Below are positions 59,134 through 64,000 of a DNA stretch of 64,000 bases, piece after piece; position 1 is the first letter of the stretch; every line of letters begins with the position of its first letter. Source of the stretch: an uncultured delta proteobacterium (GTDB lineage Bacteria > Myxococcota > Myxococcia > Myxococcales > Anaeromyxobacteraceae); the NCBI GenBank assembly GCA_963814585.1, contig CAWFDF010000004.1, forward strand, positions 583,107-647,106, in the 5' to 3' direction. The notes under the pieces were generated by a model, which saw nothing but the letters and a program-made list of their open reading frames with translations, was not told the origin of the DNA and did no database searches. A program made the position numbers and the translations under genes.

Positions 59134-60470
59134 GGGGTCACCTTGGCCCTGGGCAGGGTGGTCAGCTCGATGCGGCGGTCGTCGGCGAGGTACTTCACGG
59201 CGAAGGCCTGCACCGCGGCGGGGGTGACGGCGCGGTAGCGGGCCAGGTCCTTGGCCAGCCAGCCGGGGTCGCCGAGGTAGGTCTGGTACGCGTTGAGCAG
59301 GTCGGCGCGGCTGCCGATGCGCTCGATGCCGCGCACCTGGGCCGCGATGAAGCTGCGCTTGGCCCGCTCCACCTCCTCGGCGGTCGGCCCGCTCCTCTTC
59401 AGCTCGTCGACGGCCGACTGGATGGGGGCCAGGAGGTCACCCGCCCCCTTGCCGGCGCTGGCCATCGCCGTCACCTGGAACCAGCCGCCCAGCCCGGAGG
59501 CCTGGTTCCCCGCCGAGACGCTGGCGGCCACGCGGCTGGCGTGGACCATCGACCGGGTCAGCCGCGAGGCCTCCGAGCCGGCCAGAACCTGGGCCAGCAC
59601 GTCGCCGGCCGGCTCGTCCTCGGCGAACACGACCGTGCCGTTCCAGATCAGGTCGAGCCGGGGCACCTCGGCCACCGGGTCCTCCAGCGTCTCCTTCACC
59701 ACGCTCTCGAGCATGGGCTGGGCCACGGCGGGTCGCTTCACCTGCGGCCCGGCCGGGATGGGGCCGAAGTACTGCTCCACCAGGGCCCTGGCCTGGGCCG
59801 GATCGAAGTCGCCGACGATGGCCAGCGAGGCGTTCTGCGGGCCGTAGAACTCGCGGAAGAAGGCCTTGACGTCCTCCACGCTGGCCGCCTGGATCTCCGG
59901 GATGGAGCCGATGACGCACTGGTAGTAGGGATGCGGGGAGGGATAGAGCAGGTCGCAGGTCCGCAGGCGGGTGAGGCCATAGGGGCGGTTCTCGTAGCTC
60001 TGGCGCCGCTCGTTCGACACCACGTCGCGCTGGACCTGGAGCTTCCTGGCGTCGAGCGTGTCGAGCAGGAAGCCGAGCCGGTCGCTCTCCAGCCAGAGCG
60101 CGGTGGCCAGCTCGTTGGACGGCACCACCTCGTAGTAGTTGGTCCGGTCGAAGGAGGTCGAGCCGTTGGCGACGCCGCCGATGGTCTCCAGCACCTTGAA
60201 CGGCGAGGGCTGCACGTGCTTCGAGCCGGAGAACATCATGTGCTCGAAGAGGTGGGCGAAGCCGGAGCGGCCCGGCGCCTGGTTGGCGGCGCCGACGTGG
60301 TACCAGACGTTGACCGCCACCTGCGGCAGCCGGTGATCCGGGCTGAGGATGACGGTGAGGCCGTTCGGGAGCTGGTACTTCTCGAAGGCGATGGCCGGAT
60401 CGGCCGCTCGGGCGGAGGTGGCCAGCGCCAGGGCGGCGAGGGCGATGGTGAGACGGCCGGGCTTCGACAC
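59130..60470 (-). CDS. M16 family zinc peptidase (catalytic subunit)
   Basis: LPNGL, WYHVG, GFAHLFEHMMF (HxxEH), NGSTSFDRTNY, VVSNERR; GTG start after GGAGG. Confidence 0.93.
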   Translation of the reverse strand: MSKPGRLTIALAALALATSARAADPAIAFEKYQLPNGLTVILSPDHRLPQVAVNVWYHVGAANQAPGRSGFAHLFEHMMFSGSKHVQPSPFKVLETIGGVANGSTSFDRTNYYEVVPSNELATALWLESDRLGFLLDTLDARKLQVQRDVVSNERRQSYENRPYGLTRLRTCDLLYPSPHPYYQCVIGSIPEIQAASVEDVKAFFREFYGPQNASLAIVGDFDPAQARALVEQYFGPIPAGPQVKRPAVAQPMLESVVKETLEDPVAEVPRLDLIWNGTVVFAEDEPAGDVLAQVLAGSEASRLTRSMVHASRVAASVSAGNQASGLGGWFQVTAMASAGKGAGDLLAPIQSAVDELKRSGPTAEEVERAKRSFIAAQVRGIERIGSRADLLNAYQTYLGDPGWLAKDLARYRAVTPAAVQAFAVKYLADDRRIELTTLPRAKVTP

Positions 60471-60566
60471 GGGACCTCCGGGAGTGGGAAGGTGGCCTCC
60501 CTCTCTAGGCCACTCGCCCCCCGGGGGCAACCCGTGCCGCGCCCCAGGCAAGATGACGTGACGAGA

Positions 60567-60669
60567 GAGCCGAGACCGAAGCGAGGCTGGCGCCCGAGGA
60601 GGGAGCAGCGGAAGCGTAGCAGCGCTACGCTGAGCCGCGGACCGACGAGGCCGCCCGCCGCTTGGGCTC
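60567..60669. repeat. Nested-palindrome intergenic element (possible interspersed repeat or structured RNA)
   Basis: Central AGCGTAGC-AGC-GCTACGCT stem (60613-60631); outer pairings GCGG/CCGC, AAGCG/CGCTT, GAGCC/GGCTC. Confidence 0.5.
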
Positions 60670-60736
60670 CCCCTGCACCAAACGACTCGAGGAGAAACGA
60701 CCTTACGCGCGAGCCCTGTTGACAAGCCCTTTCATC

Positions 60737-61879
60737 CTAGAGCAGCAGCTGCCGCCCGGTGACGATCCGCGTGATCTGGTTGGTGCCGGTGTAGATCTGG
60801 GTGAGCTTGGCGTCGCGCATCATCCGCTCCACCGGGTGGTCGGTCATGTAGCCGTAGCCGCCCATGACCTGGACCGAGTCGGTCGTCACCTGCATGGCGG
60901 TGTCGCTGGCCAGCGTCTTGGCCATGCCGCCGAGCAGCGCGCCCTGCCTGGTGTCGCCTTCGTCCATCAGCCAGGCCGCCTTTCGGGTGACCAGCCGGGC
61001 CGCCTCCACGGCGGTGGCCATGTCGGCGATCATCGACTGCACCACCGCGATGTGGGCGATGGGCCTCCCGAACTGGATGCGCTCGCGGGCGTGCCGGGTG
61101 GCCTGGTCCAGCGCCCCCTGGGCGATGCCCACGGCCTGGGCCGCGCAGAACATCCGGTTCACCGAGAGCGCCCCCATCAGGTTGGAGAAGCCGGTGCCCT
61201 CCTCGCCGATGCGGTTCTCCACCGGGATGCGCACGTCCTCGAAGAAGAGCTCGGAGTTGACCGAGCCGCGCATCCCCATCTTCGACTCGTTGCGCCCGTA
61301 GCTGAAGCCGGGGGTGCCCTTCTCGAGCACGAAGGCGCTGATCCCCTTGGCGCCCTTGTCCGGGTCGGTGTAGGCGTAGACCGAGAGGATGTCGGCCACC
61401 GAGCCGTCGGTGATGAAGCACTTCTGGCCGTTGAGGACGTAGTGGTCCCCGTTCCGCACCGCCCGGCTCTTCATGCCGAGCAGGTCCAATCCGGCGGTGG
61501 GCTCGGTGGCGGCCAGCGCGGTGAGCAACCTGGAGTCGCCGCCCAGGCGACCGAGGACCTTCCTCTTCAGCTCGGGGCTGCCGCCGTGGAGGATGGGCAG
61601 CATGCCGTCGGCCTGGGCGATGAGCAGCAGGGCGGTGGAGGCGCAGGCCCGGGCCACCTCCTCCAGCACCAGCGCCATGGTCATCATCCCCAGGCCGGGG
61701 CCGTCATACTCGGCCGGCAGCAGGGGGTTGAGGAGGCCGAGCTGGGCGAACAGGTCGCGGGCGTGCTCGGGGAAGGCGTGCTGGCGGTCCAGCTCCGCGG
61801 CGCGCGGGGCGATCTCGCGCTCCACCAGCTTGCGGACCATGTCCACGGTGCTCTGCTGCTCCTCGGTCAGTCGGAACAT
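60737..61879 (-). CDS. Acyl-CoA dehydrogenase, probable cyclohex-1-ene-1-carbonyl-CoA dehydrogenase
   Basis: ACAD fold; QIYTGTNQI (Thr364 in place of the usual catalytic Glu), Asp91 in IAQADG, Asn241. This is the pattern I recall for Geobacter/Syntrophus 1,4-dehydrogenating enzymes. Confidence 0.82.
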   Translation of the reverse strand: MFRLTEEQQSTVDMVRKLVEREIAPRAAELDRQHAFPEHARDLFAQLGLLNPLLPAEYDGPGLGMMTMALVLEEVARACASTALLLIAQADGMLPILHGGSPELKRKVLGRLGGDSRLLTALAATEPTAGLDLLGMKSRAVRNGDHYVLNGQKCFITDGSVADILSVYAYTDPDKGAKGISAFVLEKGTPGFSYGRNESKMGMRGSVNSELFFEDVRIPVENRIGEEGTGFSNLMGALSVNRMFCAAQAVGIAQGALDQATRHARERIQFGRPIAHIAVVQSMIADMATAVEAARLVTRKAAWLMDEGDTRQGALLGGMAKTLASDTAMQVTTDSVQVMGGYGYMTDHPVERMMRDAKLTQIYTGTNQITRIVTGRQLLL

Positions 61880-61931
61880 CTGGAGTCCCTCCGGTGCGGG
61901 TGGGCGTGCGGGCCCGGGGAGCGCGAGGCCC

Positions 61932-63077
61932 TCAGGCGGACTCCCTGAGGATCTCCCTGGCGATGACCAGCCGCTGGATCTGGTTGGCGCCCTCGAAGAT
62001 CTGGGTGAGCTTGGCGTCGCGGAACATCCGCTCCACCGGGTAGTCCTGCATGTAGCCGTACCCCCCGAACACCTGGATGGCGTCGGTGGTGATCTTCATG
62101 GCGGCGTCGGAGGCGAAGACCTTGGCCATGGAGGCCAGCTTGGTGTTGCGCTGCCCCTCGTCGAAGAGGCGGGCGGCGGCGTAGACCAGGCCGCGCGACG
62201 CCTCGATGGCGGTGGCGCTGTCGGCGATGATCTGCTGGATCATCTGGTGCTCGGCGAGCGCCTTGCCGAAGGTCATTCGCTCCTTCGCGTACCGGACCAT
62301 CTCGTCGAAGGCCCCCACGGCGATGCCCAGGGCCTGGGCGCCGATGGCGGGCCGGGACATGTCGAAGTCCTTCATGGCCAGCAGGAACCCCTGGCCCTCC
62401 CCGCCCAGCAGGTTCTCCGCCGGGATGCGCACCTGGTCGAGGATCATCTCGGCGGTGTTGGAGCCCCGCATCCCCATCTTGTGCTCGATCTTGCCGACCT
62501 CGAGCCCCGGCGCGTCGCGCTCCACCAGGAAGAAGGAGGTGCCGTCGCGCCCGGTCCCGGGCGAGGTCCGCGCCAGCACCGAGAACAGGCCGGCCACCGC
62601 GCCGTTGGTGGCGAAGCACTTGGTGCCGGTGAGCACCCACTCGTGGCCGCGGCGCACCGCCGTGGTGCGGATGCCGCCCACGTCGGATCCGGCGCCGGGC
62701 TCGGTGACCAGGTAGGCCACCAGCTCACGGTTCGCCACGACTCGCGGCAGCAGGCGCTCCAGCACCTCCGGGCGCGCGCCGTGGAGGATGGGGAAGCTGC
62801 CCACCGCCTGGATGATGACGTGCAGCGCCGAGGAGGCGCAGTGCCTGGCGATCTCCTCGGCCGCCAGGCACAGGGCGGTGCCGGCGTCGCGCCCGGCGCC
62901 GCCGTGCTCGGGCGGGTAGGTGAGGGTCATCAGGCCGAGGTCCCAGAGGAGCCCGATCACCTCGCGGTCCACCTCGCCGGAGGCGTCGGTGGCCCTGGCC
63001 CGCGGTGCGATGCGCTCGCGCGCCGCCCGGCGGACGGACTCCCTCAGGAGGTGAAGCTCTTCGGTCCTGGCGTACAT
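61932..63077 (-). CDS. Acyl-CoA dehydrogenase, probable cyclohexanecarboxyl-CoA dehydrogenase
   Basis: [25 protein letters not shown] (canonical Glu); adjacent to the Ch1CoA-type dehydrogenase. Confidence 0.75.
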   Translation of the reverse strand: MYARTEELHLLRESVRRAARERIAPRARATDASGEVDREVIGLLWDLGLMTLTYPPEHGGAGRDAGTALCLAAEEIARHCASSALHVIIQAVGSFPILHGARPEVLERLLPRVVANRELVAYLVTEPGAGSDVGGIRTTAVRRGHEWVLTGTKCFATNGAVAGLFSVLARTSPGTGRDGTSFFLVERDAPGLEVGKIEHKMGMRGSNTAEMILDQVRIPAENLLGGEGQGFLLAMKDFDMSRPAIGAQALGIAVGAFDEMVRYAKERMTFGKALAEHQMIQQIIADSATAIEASRGLVYAAARLFDEGQRNTKLASMAKVFASDAAMKITTDAIQVFGGYGYMQDYPVERMFRDAKLTQIFEGANQIQRLVIAREILRESA

Positions 63078-63162
63078 GGGCGCTCCGGAGAGTGGACGGC
63101 CACCGTGCGACGGGGACCGGCTGGCGGGAGGTGGGACGGCGGCTGGAGCCGCTTCATTGACA

Positions 63163-63220
63163 GACCGACGCGTCGGACTGTGTATAGTTGATAATGGACC
63201 GACGCCTCGGACGAAGTCAA
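63163..63220. promoter_or_regulatory. Duplicated TetR-type operator overlapping a sigma-70-like promoter of the ACAD genes
   Basis: GACCGACGCGTCGGAC (63163-63178; perfect 12-bp palindromic core) and GACCGACGCCTCGGAC (63197-63212). Minus-strand TTGACT-N18-CATTAT brackets the second site. Confidence 0.72.
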
Positions 63221-63289
63221 GACCCCCGCGGGGCCCGGGGCCGGGCGCCGGACGACATCAGCAGGGGGAGGCGTGGTGTCGCCGGGCGT

Positions 63290-63919
63290 TCAGGCCCGGC
63301 CGCGGCGGAGTCCGGGAGCGGGGCCCACGGCCTTCAGCCCGTTGAGGAACAGGTCGAAGATCATGTCGGCCATCTCCCCGGGGCCGATGGGCCCGGTGCT
63401 CCGGAACCAGACCTCGGTCCAGTTGAGGAGGCCGAAGAGCAGCAGCGTGTAGGCCCGGCGGTGGGGGGTGCCGGCCAGCTCGAGCGCGGGGTTCACCTGC
63501 GCGACCAGTTCGGCCACCCGCTCGATGAGGCGGCGCGACACGTCGTTCACCAGGGTGCGCTGACGCCTCGGGAGGAACTTGTACTCGTACATGAGCACGG
63601 TGATCCTCGCCCGGGCCTCGGCAGCCCGCCGGATCCACATGCCGACGAACTCGCGCAGGCGCTCCTCCGGGGCCGCCGGGCTGGCGATGATCGCCTCGGT
63701 GGCCTCGAGGTAGCTCTGCACCTGCGCCTTCATGATCTCGAAGAGCACGTCCTCCTTCTTCGGGAAGTAGTGGTAGAGCATCGACTTCGAGGCGTCGCAC
63801 GCCTTGGCGATGTCCATCATCTTCACGTTGGCGTACCCGGCCTGCGCGAAGAGCACCGCGGCCGCGTCCAGGATCCCCCGCCGCTTGTCCTCGTAGTCGT
63901 CTGCGCGGACTCTCGACAT
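63290..63919 (-). CDS. TetR/AcrR family transcriptional regulator
   Basis: ILDAAAVLFAQAGY...MDIAKAC..SKSMLYHYFPKKEDVL; GGAGG RBS. Confidence 0.95.
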   Translation of the reverse strand: MSRVRADDYEDKRRGILDAAAVLFAQAGYANVKMMDIAKACDASKSMLYHYFPKKEDVLFEIMKAQVQSYLEATEAIIASPAAPEERLREFVGMWIRRAAEARARITVLMYEYKFLPRRQRTLVNDVSRRLIERVAELVAQVNPALELAGTPHRRAYTLLLFGLLNWTEVWFRSTGPIGPGEMADMIFDLFLNGLKAVGPAPGLRRGRA

Positions 63920-64000
63920 GGCTCGCTACCTCCGTTGCCGCGGGTGCGGGGCGCCCGGCTCACGCCTTCTACGGGAAGGGACCGCGCCGGGCAAGGCGGC

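Noticed and set aside
57625..60470. Active + inactive M16 peptidase pair as a novelty
   Set aside because: Heterodimeric M16B peptidases with an HxxEH subunit and an R/Y subunit are well known.
63157..63188. Plus-strand TTGACA...TATAGT promoter antisense to tetR
   Set aside because: The spacer is 20 bp, too long for a sigma-70 promoter.

Overview
Very GC-rich bacterial DNA. The gene repertoire (Hanks-type Ser/Thr kinase, TraB-like OmpA, vWA lipoprotein, MtrC/OmcA-type cytochrome, PFOR) suggests an Anaeromyxobacter-like member of the Myxococcota; this is inference. About 49 protein-coding genes were found and no rRNA, tRNA, CRISPR array or transposase. (1) 1-9.6 kb is a compositionally distinct urea-utilisation block: urtA-urtB(partial) diverge from a sigma-54 activator whose N-terminus is a cytoplasmic AmiC/UrtA-like ligand-binding domain, followed by ureD-ureAB(fused)-ureC-ureF-ureG. 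There is no ureE in the operon, and the proteins resemble plant/fungal urease components. (2) 9.8-60.5 kb is mostly core-like: sugar dehydrogenase, kinase, an active/inactive DUF3857-transglutaminase pair, gpmI, rlmH, an ECF/anti-sigma/OmpA/HEAT/HAMP/vWA envelope cluster, nifJ, rsfS-proA-proB, M61 and M16 peptidases, hflX-OPT, a stand-alone decaheme cytochrome with a collagen-like stalk and a tandem operator, and aroQ. (3) 60.7-64 kb holds TetR and two acyl-CoA dehydrogenases matching the cyclohexanecarboxyl-CoA / cyclohex-1-ene-carboxyl-CoA dehydrogenase pair, with a duplicated palindromic operator. Family assignments come from motif recognition by eye, without database searches. Many start codons were re-chosen relative to the ORF track.
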